Assembly (NCBI GenBank): GCA_001779925.1
Contig: MFEK01000007.1
Span: 4,108-68,107 of the forward strand
DNA from: Candidatus Doudnabacteria bacterium RIFCSPHIGHO2_01_FULL_46_14
GTDB lineage: Bacteria > Patescibacteriota > Doudnabacteria > UBA920 > 2-01-FULL-46-14
DNA length: 64,000 bases
Reading direction: 5' to 3'
Shown here in pieces: positions 7,724 to 18,065 of this stretch. The position numbers and the translations under genes are program-made. Every line of letters begins with the position of its first letter. The first letter of the stretch is position 1. The notes below the pieces were generated by a model. The model saw only the letters and a program-made list of their open reading frames with translations, did not search any database and was not told the DNA's origin.

Positions 7724-9502
7724 TTAAACTTTCGCCACCGGCTTTACGTTTTTTTCTTCCACGAGCGGCAAACTGAAATAAAATGTAGTGCCTTTTCCTT
7801 CGGCTGAGATGACATTTACGCGCCCGCCGTGCGCTTCCACTATTCCTTTGACGATAACAAGACCAAGGCCGGATCCTTTCTTTTCGCTTTTACTGGCTGT
7901 GGACAGCTGCTGGAATTTATTGAAAAGCCTGCCTACTTCAACCTCCGGAATACCCATCCCGGTATCAGAGATGCTTATGATAAGTTCATCCATGGCGCAA
8001 ACATTGCCCTTTGCAAACACCGGCCACGGCAATTTAAGGTTTTCCGCGTGCACGCCAACGTCATCGTCCCGTTTGCAGACAAACGCGGACAAGGTAATCT
8101 TGCCGCCAGGCGGCGTAAATTTGATGGCATTGGAAATGATATTGTTAAAAACCTGGGTGATTTTCATGTCATCCAAAGCAAGCGAATCCGGAACCTCCGG
8201 ACCCACGTTCTCCACGATTTCCAAGCGCGATTCGGCAGCGAGACTGGTGAAGGACTCGATCCGCTGCTTGATAATCTTTTTGATATCGCCCGGCTTTTTG
8301 AAAACCTGAAATTTGCCAGCCTCTATTTTGGCCACATCCAAGAGATCATTCACCAGATCCAGCATAGAGGAAGAATTTACGGAAATCAGGCTGACAAATT
8401 CCTGATATTTTTTTTGCTCATTTTTTATTTTTTCGCTTTTGAGCAAATCCGCAATACTCCGTATGCCAGTCAAAGGCGAGCGGAGTTCGTGCACCATCAT
8501 CGAGGTGAAATCCTCCCGCATTTTTTCCACCTCTTTTTCGTGCGTGACATCATGGAACAGCACCACGCTGCCGATCGGCTCGTTTTTATTATCTTTTACC
8601 GGACTGATCAAAATCTGCACAAACCGCCCTTCGATCGCCACCTCGTCCTCGACAATAACCTCATCTTTCCTGATGCTTTCTTCTATCTTTGTGCGCAGAT
8701 CTAAATGATCAGAGAGTTTATCGAGAATCTCAAAAATTGTCGGATGCTCAGCTTTTATCCCCAACAGTGTCCGAGTTTGAGGATTGACAACCATAACACG
8801 GTTGGCCGGATCCACCATTAGAACACCGTCAGCCATACTTGAGACCATCGAGTTAAGTTTGCCTTTTTCGACCTCCAAAACGATCTCCAGCTTGGAGACA
8901 GCCTCGGAGGCCTGGTTCATAATTGTATATAAAATCTCCACCTCCTGACTGGTTTTATAAAGACCGGGCTTTGTCGAGGCAACAGTAAAAATTCCGGCAG
9001 GGCGGTTGTTGATAACAATCGGAATGTTGAAAAACGATTCCACCTTGGACGCGTTGGTCGGGTCAGTGACCACACCGGTAACAGTCTCATCCACATCGCT
9101 TTCCGTATAATTTTTTCCAAGCAAGGTAGAAAAAGATTTCAGCATTCGTATTCTGGCATCGGCGATAAATCCTTTGCTCACCGGCTCGGCGAGATTGACG
9201 TGATATAAAAGCCGCCCCGATTCCGTGGGCAGCATGTAAACGACCATGGAGTACGGCAAAAGATTGCCCAGGGAAGAAGAAATAATGTCTACGATTTTCT
9301 GAACATTCAGTGAATAGCCAATACGCTCTCCCAGTTCCCGCAAAATCGAAATCTCGTACATGCGGCGCCTCATCAGCTCTTCACGGTCAATCAATCGGGC
9401 ATATAAACGACGAAATTCAATCCAGGCAACAATCAAAACTACCAGGCTAAAAATGGCCGCCCAAAATATTGGATCTGTCGAAATACCAGGATTAAACATC
9501 AA
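7724..9502 (-). CDS. Sensor histidine kinase with N-terminal TM helix and GAF/PAS-like region
   Basis: 592 aa; H-box HELRSPLTGI, N/G boxes (NAIKFT, DTGMGI, GSGLGL). Confidence 0.8.
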   Translation of the reverse strand: MMFNPGISTDPIFWAAIFSLVVLIVAWIEFRRLYARLIDREELMRRRMYEISILRELGERIGYSLNVQKIVDIISSSLGNLLPYSMVVYMLPTESGRLLYHVNLAEPVSKGFIADARIRMLKSFSTLLGKNYTESDVDETVTGVVTDPTNASKVESFFNIPIVINNRPAGIFTVASTKPGLYKTSQEVEILYTIMNQASEAVSKLEIVLEVEKGKLNSMVSSMADGVLMVDPANRVMVVNPQTRTLLGIKAEHPTIFEILDKLSDHLDLRTKIEESIRKDEVIVEDEVAIEGRFVQILISPVKDNKNEPIGSVVLFHDVTHEKEVEKMREDFTSMMVHELRSPLTGIRSIADLLKSEKIKNEQKKYQEFVSLISVNSSSMLDLVNDLLDVAKIEAGKFQVFKKPGDIKKIIKQRIESFTSLAAESRLEIVENVGPEVPDSLALDDMKITQVFNNIISNAIKFTPPGGKITLSAFVCKRDDDVGVHAENLKLPWPVFAKGNVCAMDELIISISDTGMGIPEVEVGRLFNKFQQLSTASKSEKKGSGLGLVIVKGIVEAHGGRVNVISAEGKGTTFYFSLPLVEEKNVKPVAKV

Positions 9503-9526
9503 AAATTATGATCGCCGATGAAACGA

Positions 9527-9823
9527 TTACTTCGCGATTCGAGTAAGTTTGGAAAAACCGATACCACAGCATAACAGCCCCAAAATCAGCAAAGAATTAT
9601 GAACCATTTCCGGATCGGAAAACCCTATAATATTTAAAACACTGAGATTGGCAAAAGTATCAAACACCCGGTCTAGTGACTCAATTGTAAAAAAAACAAT
9701 ACCAAGGCCGATCCATTTTAGAGCCGTACCAATGAGCCCGCCGTATGATTTGGTAGTTTGCCACAGCGTGTAAGCAACCCCGATAATAATGACTGCGATA
9801 AACCCTTGTAATATTAAAACCAT
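9527..9823 (-). CDS. Small membrane protein
   Basis: 98 aa, three hydrophobic helices, conserved 5'-UTR box upstream. Confidence 0.35.
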   Translation of the reverse strand: MVLILQGFIAVIIIGVAYTLWQTTKSYGGLIGTALKWIGLGIVFFTIESLDRVFDTFANLSVLNIIGFSDPEMVHNSLLILGLLCCGIGFSKLTRIAK

Positions 9824-9929
9824 TTGTTTGTATTTTTTACCCCGTTAGAAATCCACGTTAATAATTGAACTCTTAAAATTATTCTTAAAATAAACTACAT
9901 TCCCGCTCAAGAAAGATCGACATAGATTT

Positions 9930-10208
9930 CTAACTGGGTAAATTCAATTTTATGCCGGGATATTTGGCGAAAACCGGATTCAAAATATTTTTTACGATCG
10001 CGCCGGAGAGCGCGATGTATTCGTCAACGAGTTTCTGAAGAATCGCCTGAGCATTATTTTCATCAATGCTGAGAACCTCTCCCTTGTCGCTGAGCTTCAA
10101 GCCCGCGACGTTTGTTGCTTTGCGAATGGCAATCTCCGGACCGAGAATATCCATTTGTTTGCTGATAATCTCCTCAATGAGTTTTTTGTAATCCTGGTCG
10201 ATAGCCAT
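9930..10208 (-). CDS. Hypothetical protein, likely co-transcribed with the response regulator
   Basis: 92 aa immediately downstream of the 10209..10613 gene. Confidence 0.3.
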   Translation of the reverse strand: MAIDQDYKKLIEEIISKQMDILGPEIAIRKATNVAGLKLSDKGEVLSIDENNAQAILQKLVDEYIALSGAIVKNILNPVFAKYPGIKLNLPS

Positions 10209-10613
10209 TTAAGTAGCCGCGGCTCCTGTGCCGCGCCCCCTGGCAATCACGGTTTTGACTTTATCAAGCAAATCTTCGAGTTTATAATTGGCTTTTACTA
10301 AATAATCCATAGCGCCGAGGGACAAGGCCTCCGAAATTCGCTCGTAATCCGAAAGGTTGGTCAAAATTACAACAGGAATATCGCGCAGCTCACTATCCCC
10401 TTTTAAGCGCTGCAGCATTTCCATACCGTCCATTCTCGGCATGACTAAATCAAGCAGGATCAAATCCGGATGGAACGATTTGACCTTATCCAGACCGTCC
10501 TGCCCGTCGACAGCGCCTCCTACGTCATAGCCGCCGTTTAAGAGCTCTTCTTTAAGAGCGGTAAGTAAGATTTCCTCATCTTCGACCACGAGAATCTTCG
10601 CTTTATCTGCCAT
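10209..10613 (-). CDS. Response regulator, receiver domain only (CheY-like)
   Basis: ILVVEDEE...D at position 54 in LDLVMPRMDG...K105 pattern. Confidence 0.85.
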   Translation of the reverse strand: MADKAKILVVEDEEILLTALKEELLNGGYDVGGAVDGQDGLDKVKSFHPDLILLDLVMPRMDGMEMLQRLKGDSELRDIPVVILTNLSDYERISEALSLGAMDYLVKANYKLEDLLDKVKTVIARGRGTGAAAT

Positions 10614-10672
10614 ATTGCAATTGTCCTTTTGATTTCAAACTAAAGTATTAAGTTATTGTATTATATCATGCT

Positions 10673-10701
10673 TTGACTGTTTGTGTCAAAATTGATAGAA
10701 T
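10673..10701 (+). promoter_or_regulatory. Sigma-70-like promoter for the tRNA-Thr/tRNA-Tyr pair
   Basis: TTGACT, 17-nt spacer, TAGAAT, about 65 nt upstream of tRNA-Thr. Confidence 0.5.
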
Positions 10702-10766
10702 TCCTGACGTGCCACCTTAGCTCTCCGACCGCAGTCGGAGTCCGACTTTGGTCGGACAGTCAATAT

Positions 10767-10842
10767 GCCGGGATAGCTCAGCTGGTAGAGCAGCTGTTTT
10801 GTAAACAGCAGGTCGCAGGTTCAAGCCCTGTTCCCGGCTCCA
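10767..10842 (+). tRNA. tRNA-Thr (anticodon UGU)
   Basis: GCCGGGATAGCTCAGCTGGTAGAGCAGCTGTTTTGTAAACAGC...GGTTCAAGCCC...CCA. Confidence 0.85.
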
Positions 10843-10843
10843 C

Positions 10844-10929
10844 GGGCGGTTGGTAGAGTGGTCTATTACACCAGACTGTAAATCTGGCGGCTTATGCCTT
10901 CGGGGGTTCGAATCCCTCACCGCCCACCA
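10844..10929 (+). tRNA. tRNA-Tyr (anticodon GUA), class II with long variable arm
   Basis: GGGCGGTTGGTAGAGTGG...CCAGACTGTAAATCTGG...variable arm CGGCTTATGCCTTCG...GGTTCGAATCCC...ACCA. Confidence 0.85.
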
Positions 10930-10930
10930 C

Positions 10931-10958
10931 AAAAAAATCCTCTCATGAGGATTTTTTT
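10931..10958. terminator. Bidirectional rho-independent terminator
   Basis: aaaaaaatcctctcatgaggattttttt. Confidence 0.7.
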
Positions 10959-11053
10959 GTTTGTCACCATAACATCACACATTATTAGCATACGAATGCT
11001 GTCAATTACCAAAACTTCACCCCTACCGCCAAGGGAGAGTGGAATATCAATGA

Positions 11054-11569
11054 CTATTCGACGATCAGCTTGCCTTTCATGCCTGCGGCGCGGTGGATGG
11101 AGACGGAACAATAATACTCGAACGTGCCGGTTTTGTCGGCGATAAACTCCACAGAAGTTTTAGTGCCTGGGTTCACTCTTTCCGTATTGGCTTTGAATTC
11201 ATCCACTACCCAGTCATGAAACCCGTCAGTGCTTTCGAAATTGATTAACACCCTATCCCCATTTTTCACCTTGATTTCGGTCTGCGAGAATGAAAAATTC
11301 TTTCCAGTGATATTAAAAACTTTGGCTGGCGCTACATCCACGTCTCCCATGTCATCTTTAATTGGTCCTCCATCTGGGTCAGCCGGGGGTGGCGTGGGTG
11401 TTGGGGCAGGAGGGTCAATCGGCGACACTGGCGGCGGTTCAGGCATTGACTCCATGACCTCCCCTATCCCCTCCTCACGGAGAGCGGAATCAGACTTCTT
11501 GTTTTGCATCACATAAATTATCCCTCCGACAGCCGCTAGCAATAAAATTAAAATTACAATTTTCTTCAT
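11054..11569 (-). CDS. Cupredoxin-like (plastocyanin/azurin-type) copper-binding protein, membrane-anchored
   Basis: N-terminal TM, Pro-rich linker, then FHDW...YYCSVSIHRAAGMKG with the His/Cys/His/Met ligand pattern. Confidence 0.6.
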   Translation of the reverse strand: MKKIVILILLLAAVGGIIYVMQNKKSDSALREEGIGEVMESMPEPPPVSPIDPPAPTPTPPPADPDGGPIKDDMGDVDVAPAKVFNITGKNFSFSQTEIKVKNGDRVLINFESTDGFHDWVVDEFKANTERVNPGTKTSVEFIADKTGTFEYYCSVSIHRAAGMKGKLIVE

Positions 11570-11597
11570 GATTTCTTTTGTTACTTGTTAATTGTTG

Positions 11598-12458
11598 CTA
11601 GTTGTTTGTTTGGTATTTTAATTGCATTAATTTTTCACGAGCCAAAGTATTTGTCGGCTCGATCATTAATACTTTCTCCAGGAGAATTTCCGCCTCATCG
11701 CGACCCCCCTTTTTTACCAGAGCCTCTGATAAAATTATCACGGCTTGGGTATTTTCTGCATCCAAATCCACAGCCTTGCGATAATTGAGAATTGCTTCTT
11801 CGAGATGCTTTTTGGCCTCCAGAGTCATTCCCAGGTCGATATATCGGCGGGAATTCTCCGGCTCGAGATCGATAGCGCGCTCGTGAGCGCTGATCGCTTT
11901 GTCATACTGCTTGTGGTTATGGTACGCCTGTCCGAGACTGGCATGATAATGTCCTTTATCCGGGTAGTGCTTGATCAGAAACCGAAAAGTTTCTATTGAT
12001 TCTTTGGTTTTGTTTTGCGCCAAATAAAGCTTCCCTAGATAAGCGAACGCTTGCTCATTATGGGGATCTTTTTTTATAGCCTTAATAAAATGCTGTTCAG
12101 CATCAGCATGTTCACCCTGCTCAAGAAGCTTTTCTCCTTGTTTTATAAAAAACTCGGCTGTTCCGGGAGCCGCGCTTTTAAACGACGGCAATTTCAGCTT
12201 GGGTCGGGGCAAATGAAGTTTGGACAGATGTTTCGGCAGGAAACCCAGCGGCTGGGTTTTTCGGGAAAGCTCTTTGACCTCCAAAACAAAATGCCAGAGT
12301 TTTTGCGAGAGGATCCGCAGCCATTTTATGGTAAAATTTTCAAAATCTCGCAGCAGCACGGGCATGGGGAAGCGGAGCTCCGGTGTCCGGCGAAGCACAA
12401 TCAAAATTATGCCTGCCAATGAAAGCACAATTAATAATTGTGGGATAAACAAAAACAT
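11598..12458 (-). CDS. TPR-repeat protein with N-terminal TM helix
   Basis: Repeated AxxxYxxAlxxxP TPR-like 34-mers (HFIKAIKKDPHNEQAFAYLGKLY, etc.). Confidence 0.6.
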   Translation of the reverse strand: MFLFIPQLLIVLSLAGIILIVLRRTPELRFPMPVLLRDFENFTIKWLRILSQKLWHFVLEVKELSRKTQPLGFLPKHLSKLHLPRPKLKLPSFKSAAPGTAEFFIKQGEKLLEQGEHADAEQHFIKAIKKDPHNEQAFAYLGKLYLAQNKTKESIETFRFLIKHYPDKGHYHASLGQAYHNHKQYDKAISAHERAIDLEPENSRRYIDLGMTLEAKKHLEEAILNYRKAVDLDAENTQAVIILSEALVKKGGRDEAEILLEKVLMIEPTNTLAREKLMQLKYQTNN

Positions 12459-12473
12459 TTTTGATTTTGAAAT

Positions 12474-13070
12474 TTATTCGCCTAAAACGTAGCGTGTGAA
12501 TCTGCGGATTTGGATATTTTCCCCGATGGTAGCAATCTTTTGATTAACAAGCTCCTTGATGGTTATGTCTGGATCTTTGACAAACGGCTGTTCTAAAAGG
12601 CAAATTTCCTGAAAATATTTTTCTAGCTTTCCTTCCACGATTTTTTCGATGATATTAGCGGGTTTGGACTCTGCCACAATCTGCTCGCGGTAAATACTCT
12701 TTTCTTTTTCCACTAGATCAGTCGGGACATTCTCTCGCGCCACGTAAAGCGGGTTTGATGCTGCGACATGTAGCGCCAAATCGTGGGCCAGGGCTTTGAA
12801 ATCCTGATTGCGCGCCACAAAATCGGTTTCACAGTTGATCTCTAAAAGCACGCCGATGCGTCCCTCGCCGTGAATATAAGATTCGACAAGACCCTGACCA
12901 GTCGCGCGATCAGATTTCTTTCCGGCTTTCAAAACCCCCTTCTTGCGCAAAACCTCTACGGCAGCGGACACATCCCCCCCGGATTCAGACAAAGCAGTTT
13001 TGGCATCCATTACCCCGGCGCCTGTCTGTTCGCGCAAAGCCTTAACTTGTTCAGAGTTGATTTTAATCAT
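12474..13070 (-). CDS. tsf: Elongation factor Ts
   Basis: MIKINSEQVKALREQTGAGVMDAKTAL, UBA-like N-terminus and EF-Ts core. Confidence 0.9.
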   Translation of the reverse strand: MIKINSEQVKALREQTGAGVMDAKTALSESGGDVSAAVEVLRKKGVLKAGKKSDRATGQGLVESYIHGEGRIGVLLEINCETDFVARNQDFKALAHDLALHVAASNPLYVARENVPTDLVEKEKSIYREQIVAESKPANIIEKIVEGKLEKYFQEICLLEQPFVKDPDITIKELVNQKIATIGENIQIRRFTRYVLGE

Positions 13071-13073
13071 TGC

Positions 13074-13811
13074 TTATTTTTTCGGCAATGCCGACGTATC
13101 CGCCATAGGGACTGCGGCAACGGGCATCTCCAATTTACCCTCATTAACTGCAGCCGCAACCGCATCGCACATTAGGCTGATGGCTTTTATTGAATCATCG
13201 TTGCTGGGAATGACATAATCAATATCTTCCGGGTCAGAATTTGTATCCAGGAGGCCGATCACTTTGATTTTGGTCTTTTGCGCTTCTGTGACCGCGATCT
13301 TGTCATGATTAATATCCACCGCAAAAATCGCTTCAGGAAGTTTTTTTAGATCCTTGATGCCTTCAAAAAGATTGGCCAGTTTGGAGATCTCGCGCTCGAT
13401 GAGCAGTCGTTCTTTTTTGATATATTTTGTCTCAAAATCCGGACTCACTGCCAATTTCTGCAGCCGTTCCAATTTCTTGATGGTCTTCTGGATGGTTTTA
13501 AAATTGGTAAAAGTCCCGCCCAGCCAGCGGATCGTGACATAAGGCATGCCGCAAGAGACAGCGGCTTTCTTGACTGCGTCCTTTGCCTGGCGTTTGGTAC
13601 CGACAAACAATACCTGGCCGCCTTTTTTTGCAACTTCCCGCACGTGGTCGAGCGCCTTTTTCAGCTGTTCGAGAGTTTTTTCGAGATTGATAACGTGGAT
13701 GCGGTTGCGAGTAGTAAAAATGTACCGCTGCATTTTCGGATTCCACCGGCTGGAGAGATGTCCAAAATGCACCCCTGCTGTGAGCAGTTCTTCTAGTGTT
13801 GGGTAAGTCAT
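13074..13811 (-). CDS. rpsB: 30S ribosomal protein S2
   Basis: LLTAGVHFGHLSSRWNPKM..., VDINHDKIAVTEAQKTKIKVIGLLDTN. Confidence 0.9.
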   Translation of the reverse strand: MTYPTLEELLTAGVHFGHLSSRWNPKMQRYIFTTRNRIHVINLEKTLEQLKKALDHVREVAKKGGQVLFVGTKRQAKDAVKKAAVSCGMPYVTIRWLGGTFTNFKTIQKTIKKLERLQKLAVSPDFETKYIKKERLLIEREISKLANLFEGIKDLKKLPEAIFAVDINHDKIAVTEAQKTKIKVIGLLDTNSDPEDIDYVIPSNDDSIKAISLMCDAVAAAVNEGKLEMPVAAVPMADTSALPKK

Positions 13812-14032
13812 TGACGAGCTTTCTAGGATTTAGCTTGCCAGCTTTTTAGCCTGGCAACGGAATCCTTCCCTTAAACCTCTTCATCTCGTCATTTTTTTCC
13901 GGGAATTCGTTTTTCCCTCAGGAATCGCGAATCAGGGCCGAAAAAATCAGAGAGAATGTGTGATTAATAATACTTGAACGATTATAACAAGAATGATTAA
14001 CCTGCGCAAGGCCCGTCTAGCCGGCCATGCCC

Positions 14033-14061
14033 TTGCAAGAATCCTTTTTGCCTGTTATAAT
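14033..14061 (+). promoter_or_regulatory. Sigma-70-like promoter of rpmE
   Basis: TTGCAA, 17-nt spacer, TATAAT, 10 nt upstream of the rpmE start. Confidence 0.55.
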
Positions 14062-14071
14062 TTCGCTACTT

Positions 14072-14359
14072 ATGAAAAAAAGTTTACACCCAACATATTA
14101 CTCCTCTGCCAAAGTCGTTTGTGCTTGCGGCAATAGTTTTACCACCGGATCCACGCGCGAAGAGATCCATGTGGAAATTTGTAGCGCCTGCCATCCTTTC
14201 TACACCGGTAAACAGAAGCTTGTCGACACTGCCGGCCGCGTGGAAAAATTCCAGAAGCGCATGAAACAAGCAGAGACATCAGTCAAACTCCATATCTCCA
14301 AAAAACACAAGCTCACCAAAAAAGCTGAAGCAAAAGCTGCCAAAAAGGTAGAAAAATAG
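14072..14359 (+). CDS. rpmE: 50S ribosomal protein L31 with Lys-rich C-terminal extension
   Basis: [49 protein letters not shown]. Confidence 0.8.
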   Translation: MKKSLHPTYYSSAKVVCACGNSFTTGSTREEIHVEICSACHPFYTGKQKLVDTAGRVEKFQKRMKQAETSVKLHISKKHKLTKKAEAKAAKKVEK

Positions 14360-14437
14360 ATTAGCGATCTGCGAACAGCGATTGGCGATTTGGTTTTTCC
14401 CGATCGCTCTTCGCCAATTGCTCATCGCTTTATTTAT

Positions 14438-15487
14438 ATGAATTCAAATTATCAATCCATCCTCGACGAATACTCTGATATTCAAAAAAAACTCTCCGAA
14501 GCTTCTGACGGTGAGCAGTTGCGAATATTGGGTAAACGGCAAAAAGAATTGGATAAGGTAGTCAAAAAAATTCAAGAACTGAACGAAATAGAAAAACAGT
14601 TGCAAGAAAACGAAAAATTACTCAAAGATGAGGAGTTAAAAAATATTGCCGAAGAAGAGAAGCAAATCCTTAATTCTAAAATCTTACTTCTTAATTCTGA
14701 ACTTCAAAAAGCCCTAATCCCCCGAGATCCGCTCGACGAAAAAAACGCCATCCTGGAAATCAGGGCTGCTGCCGGCGGCGATGAATCCGGGCTATTTGCC
14801 GCGGAGCTGTTTCGCATGTATCAAAAATATTCCGAATCAAAGAGCTGGAAATTCTTTATTCTTTCGTCGAACCACACCAGCGTCGGAGGGTTCAAAGAAG
14901 TTATTTGTGAAGTCCGAGGCGTAGGATCGTATGGACATTTAAAATATGAGTCGGGCGTACACCGCGTTCAGCGTGTCCCGGAAACCGAAAAATCCGGCCG
15001 GGTCCATACCTCCACCGTGACTGTAGCGGTTCTCCCGGAGCTCGAGGAAAAAGATTTTGAAATAGACCCCAACGATTTAAAAATGGAGGCAACCACCTCA
15101 TCCGGCCACGGCGGACAGTCAGTCAACACAACCTATTCAGCGATCCGAATCACCCATATTCCTACGGGAATTATGGCCCAGTGCCAGGATGAACGGTCGC
15201 AGGTGCAAAACAAAGAAAAAGCCATGCAGGTTATCCGCGCGCGTGTTTACGAATACGAGCAGGAAAAAAAGAACAAGGAACTGCGCGAAAAACGCCTCTC
15301 GCAGATCGGCACTGGGGATCGTAGTGAGAAAATCCGCACCTACAATTTCCCGCAGGACCGCGTAACGGATCACCGCATCAACCAGAATTTTGGCCAAATA
15401 AACAATCTCATGGAAGGCAATATTGAACCGGTCATCCAGGCGCTGATTGCCGAGGATCAAAAGAGAATGTGGGAGTCAAAGAAATGA
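14438..15487 (+). CDS. prfA: Peptide chain release factor 1
   Basis: GGQ motif ([11 protein letters not shown]), RF1-type [22 protein letters not shown]. Confidence 0.9.
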   Translation: MNSNYQSILDEYSDIQKKLSEASDGEQLRILGKRQKELDKVVKKIQELNEIEKQLQENEKLLKDEELKNIAEEEKQILNSKILLLNSELQKALIPRDPLDEKNAILEIRAAAGGDESGLFAAELFRMYQKYSESKSWKFFILSSNHTSVGGFKEVICEVRGVGSYGHLKYESGVHRVQRVPETEKSGRVHTSTVTVAVLPELEEKDFEIDPNDLKMEATTSSGHGGQSVNTTYSAIRITHIPTGIMAQCQDERSQVQNKEKAMQVIRARVYEYEQEKKNKELREKRLSQIGTGDRSEKIRTYNFPQDRVTDHRINQNFGQINNLMEGNIEPVIQALIAEDQKRMWESKK

Positions 15488-16398
15488 CAATCCGGGAAGC
15501 CTTCGTTTGGACGGAAAAAAAAATAAATAAGGCAGATTCACCTCAGTTAGATGCTGAGGTTCTTTTGTCACATACCATAAAAAAATCCAAAGAATTCCTT
15601 TTTGCCAATCCGGACTTCAAACTTTCTAGCTTACAGTTTTCCATTTACAGGTCACTAATTCAGAAGCGCGATAGGCACTGGCCGGTCTCTTACCTCATCG
15701 GCCATAAAGAATTCTACGGCTTGGATTTCAAAGTCACACCCCATGTCTTAATTCCAAGACCGGAGACGGAATTGCTGGTAGAACTCGCGATTCAAAAGAT
15801 AAAAAACAAGCGATTAGCGATTAGAAATATCCTCGACATCGGCACTGGAAGTGGCTGCATTATCACAAGCATTGCTGTCATTGCGAGCCAGAGGCGAAGC
15901 AATCTCAAATTCTATGCGACGGATGTTTCAAATTCCGCTTTGAAAATTGCGAAGTCAAACGCACGTCGTCATAGCGTCGCAAAAAAAATAAAATTCCTCC
16001 ACAGCAATTTACTCTCAACCCTACCAGCTACAGCCTACAAGCTACCATCTCTGATTCTCGCCAACCTCCCCTACCTTACCCCTTCGCAATATAATTCGAA
16101 TCTTGATCTAAAACACGAACCACGCGCGGCATTGGTCGCAGGCCCAGATGGACTGAAATATTACCGGAAATTGTTTCGACAAATTCGTAACTCCCCCAAC
16201 CCCTCTTACCCTAAGAGGGGAACTCCTCCCCTTAGCCTAAGGGGAGGTAGGGAGGGGTTATTGACCCTCCTGCTGGAACATGACCCGTCGCAAACCTCCA
16301 AACTAAAGTTTCTCACCAAACAGTATTTTCCCCAGGCCAAACTGAAATTCCACCGCGATTTATCCGGTCTCAATCGAGTTCTAGAAATAAATCTCTAA
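15469..16398 (+). CDS. prmC: Release-factor glutamine methyltransferase PrmC/HemK, carrying an in-frame repeat insertion
   Basis: [13 protein letters not shown] motif, NLPY catalytic motif, LLLEHD tail. The family A palindromic element at 16189-16262 is translated in frame. Confidence 0.8.
   Translation: MGVKEMTIREAFVWTEKKINKADSPQLDAEVLLSHTIKKSKEFLFANPDFKLSSLQFSIYRSLIQKRDRHWPVSYLIGHKEFYGLDFKVTPHVLIPRPETELLVELAIQKIKNKRLAIRNILDIGTGSGCIITSIAVIASQRRSNLKFYATDVSNSALKIAKSNARRHSVAKKIKFLHSNLLSTLPATAYKLPSLILANLPYLTPSQYNSNLDLKHEPRAALVAGPDGLKYYRKLFRQIRNSPNPSYPKRGTPPLSLRGGREGLLTLLLEHDPSQTSKLKFLTKQYFPQAKLKFHRDLSGLNRVLEINL
16189..16262. repeat. GC-rich palindromic element (family A) inside prmC, in frame
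   Basis: aactcccccaacccctcttaccctaagaggggaactcctccccttagcctaaggggaggtagggaggggtt. The first module is near-identical to 30089-30122 in dnaE; both encode [11 protein letters not shown]. Confidence 0.8.
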
Positions 16399-16470
16399 TT
16401 TCTTGGAAAAACTAGCAATTGCTAGAAAAAACAAGATTCGTTAAAAGAATCAGGGTTTGACGTGATCGAA

Positions 16471-16499
16471 TTGACATAATTAGACTGACAAACTAAAAT
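16471..16499 (+). promoter_or_regulatory. Sigma-70-like promoter for the 16531 gene
   Basis: TTGACA, 17-nt spacer, TAAAAT; AAGGAGG RBS 6 nt before the ATG. Confidence 0.5.
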
Positions 16500-16530
16500 A
16501 TAGAATTCCAGAATCCCCAAGGAGGCTGCG

Positions 16531-16842
16531 ATGACTACAAGCGTTGTAGGCGTGGAAATTGTTGAGCGTTTAATCGCTCTGACTGTTCGCGTTCCAGATG
16601 AATGGGTGGCACCCTTGATGAATGCTCTCAAGAATGCTCGCCTCATGACTCTTGAGCGGTTCGGAATGGATGTCACATATCCGAATCCTGAGGGAAGAAA
16701 TCTATACTTCAGGGTGCCGGTAAACAAAGAAACCGAGTTCACAGATTTCCTGCGCCGATTCTGTATAGAACGACAAATCGGTCACAAAGTGCCCGTCACA
16801 AGCATAAGTGTTAGGAATGTGGGGCACAGACCACTGAGCTGA
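16531..16842 (+). CDS. Hypothetical protein
   Basis: 103 aa ORF with a strong RBS and promoter, followed by a terminator hairpin. Confidence 0.4.
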   Translation: MTTSVVGVEIVERLIALTVRVPDEWVAPLMNALKNARLMTLERFGMDVTYPNPEGRNLYFRVPVNKETEFTDFLRRFCIERQIGHKVPVTSISVRNVGHRPLS

Positions 16843-16870
16843 GAGCAAGAAAATAGTCGCCGACGAGTAT

Positions 16871-16916
16871 CAGGCACAAATCACCATTTGCTTTTGGTGG
16901 TCTGTGCCTGTTTTTC
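16871..16916 (+). terminator. Rho-independent terminator
   Basis: aggcacaaatcaccatttgcttttggtggtctgtgcctgttttt. Confidence 0.55.
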
Positions 16917-16964
16917 TTATTGCGCAATATTTGCGAAAAAAGCGGAAATGGTGTAGGATAGGTT

Positions 16965-18059
16965 ATGGACGACAAAATCCGGCTAGGACTCACCTTTGAT
17001 GACGTACTTTTAGAGCCCAGAGAATCTGGGGTGGTGAGAGACGGTGTCCGGCTCGAAACAAAACTCACAAAGAAAATAAGATTACAAATTCCGATTCTTT
17101 CCGCAGCCATGGATACGGTATCTGAAACCGCCATGGCTGTTTCGTTGGGTAAATTGGGCGGCATGGCTGTCATCCACCGCAATTGTTCCATTGAGGCCCA
17201 GGTTAAAATGGTTCGAGACGCCAAAAAACATGACGTTCTTGTGGGCGCTGCTGTTGGCTCTTATGATCTCGAGCGGGCCAAGGCCCTCGACAAAGCTGGC
17301 GCGGATGTAATCGTGGTAGACACAGCTCACGCGCATAATTTGCAAACTATCGCAGGCGCAAAACAAATTAAAAAATCAATTCGAGCAGAGCTGATCGTCG
17401 GCAATATCGCCACCAGCGAGGCGGCCTCGGAACTAGTCAAATTTGCTGATGCCATCAAGGTCGGCATTGGCCCTGGCTCCATCTGCACCACACGCGTGGT
17501 GGCCGGCATTGGCGTTCCCCAACTCACCGCGATTTTGGATGTGGTAAAAATCGCGAACAAAAAAAATATTCCGGTGATTGCTGACGGTGGTATGAAATAT
17601 TCCGGAGACATTGTGAAGGCTCTTGCCGCTGGCGCTTCTACTGTAATGCTTGGTTCTATGCTAGCGGGTACAAAAGAGGCGCCGGGGCAAGTCGTTAAAA
17701 TTGACGGGAAAGAATTCAAATCCTACCGCGGCATGGGCTCTCTCGGTGTAATGCACGGCGGTAAATCTTCTGATAGATATTTTCAAAAGAACCCCCTCTT
17801 CATCTCCCCCTTATTAAGGGGGAGAAAGAGTGGGGGTTATGTGCCGGAAGGCGTGGAGGCCGTGACGCTTTACAAAGGAGAATTACAAGACGTAATTTTC
17901 CAGATTACCGGAGGCCTTGCAAGCGGCATGGGCTACATTGGCGCGCGCACCATTGCCTATATGCCAAAAAGGGCCAAATTCATACGGATAACAAACGCTG
18001 GTCTCAAAGAGTCTCACCCCCATTCTATAACAATAATTAAGCGTTCACCCAATTATTAA
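16965..18059 (+). CDS. guaB: IMP dehydrogenase/GMP reductase family enzyme (short form lacking the CBS subdomain), with a small in-frame repeat insertion
   Basis: [11 protein letters not shown] catalytic loop, ...SSDRYFQ...GYVPEGVE. A 15-aa insertion ([15 protein letters not shown]) is encoded by the palindromic element at 17792-17837. Confidence 0.75.
   Translation: MDDKIRLGLTFDDVLLEPRESGVVRDGVRLETKLTKKIRLQIPILSAAMDTVSETAMAVSLGKLGGMAVIHRNCSIEAQVKMVRDAKKHDVLVGAAVGSYDLERAKALDKAGADVIVVDTAHAHNLQTIAGAKQIKKSIRAELIVGNIATSEAASELVKFADAIKVGIGPGSICTTRVVAGIGVPQLTAILDVVKIANKKNIPVIADGGMKYSGDIVKALAAGASTVMLGSMLAGTKEAPGQVVKIDGKEFKSYRGMGSLGVMHGGKSSDRYFQKNPLFISPLLRGRKSGGYVPEGVEAVTLYKGELQDVIFQITGGLASGMGYIGARTIAYMPKRAKFIRITNAGLKESHPHSITIIKRSPNY
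17792..17837. repeat. GC-rich palindromic hairpin element inside guaB, in frame
   Basis: accccctcttcatctcccccttattaagggggagaaagagtgggggt. Confidence 0.75.
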
Positions 18060-18065
18060 TGAAAA

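Noticed and set aside
7788-8704. Long antisense ORFs inside the histidine kinase gene (173 and 291 aa on the plus strand) and similar antisense ORFs inside clpC, gatA, dnaE, thrS and purA
   Set aside because: They lie opposite strongly supported conserved genes, have low-complexity composition and no RBS. Standard antisense artefacts.
16422-16742. 106-aa minus-strand ORF overlapping the 16531..16842 plus-strand gene
   Set aside because: The plus-strand gene has a consensus promoter, an AAGGAGG RBS and a downstream terminator, while the minus-strand ORF has none of these.
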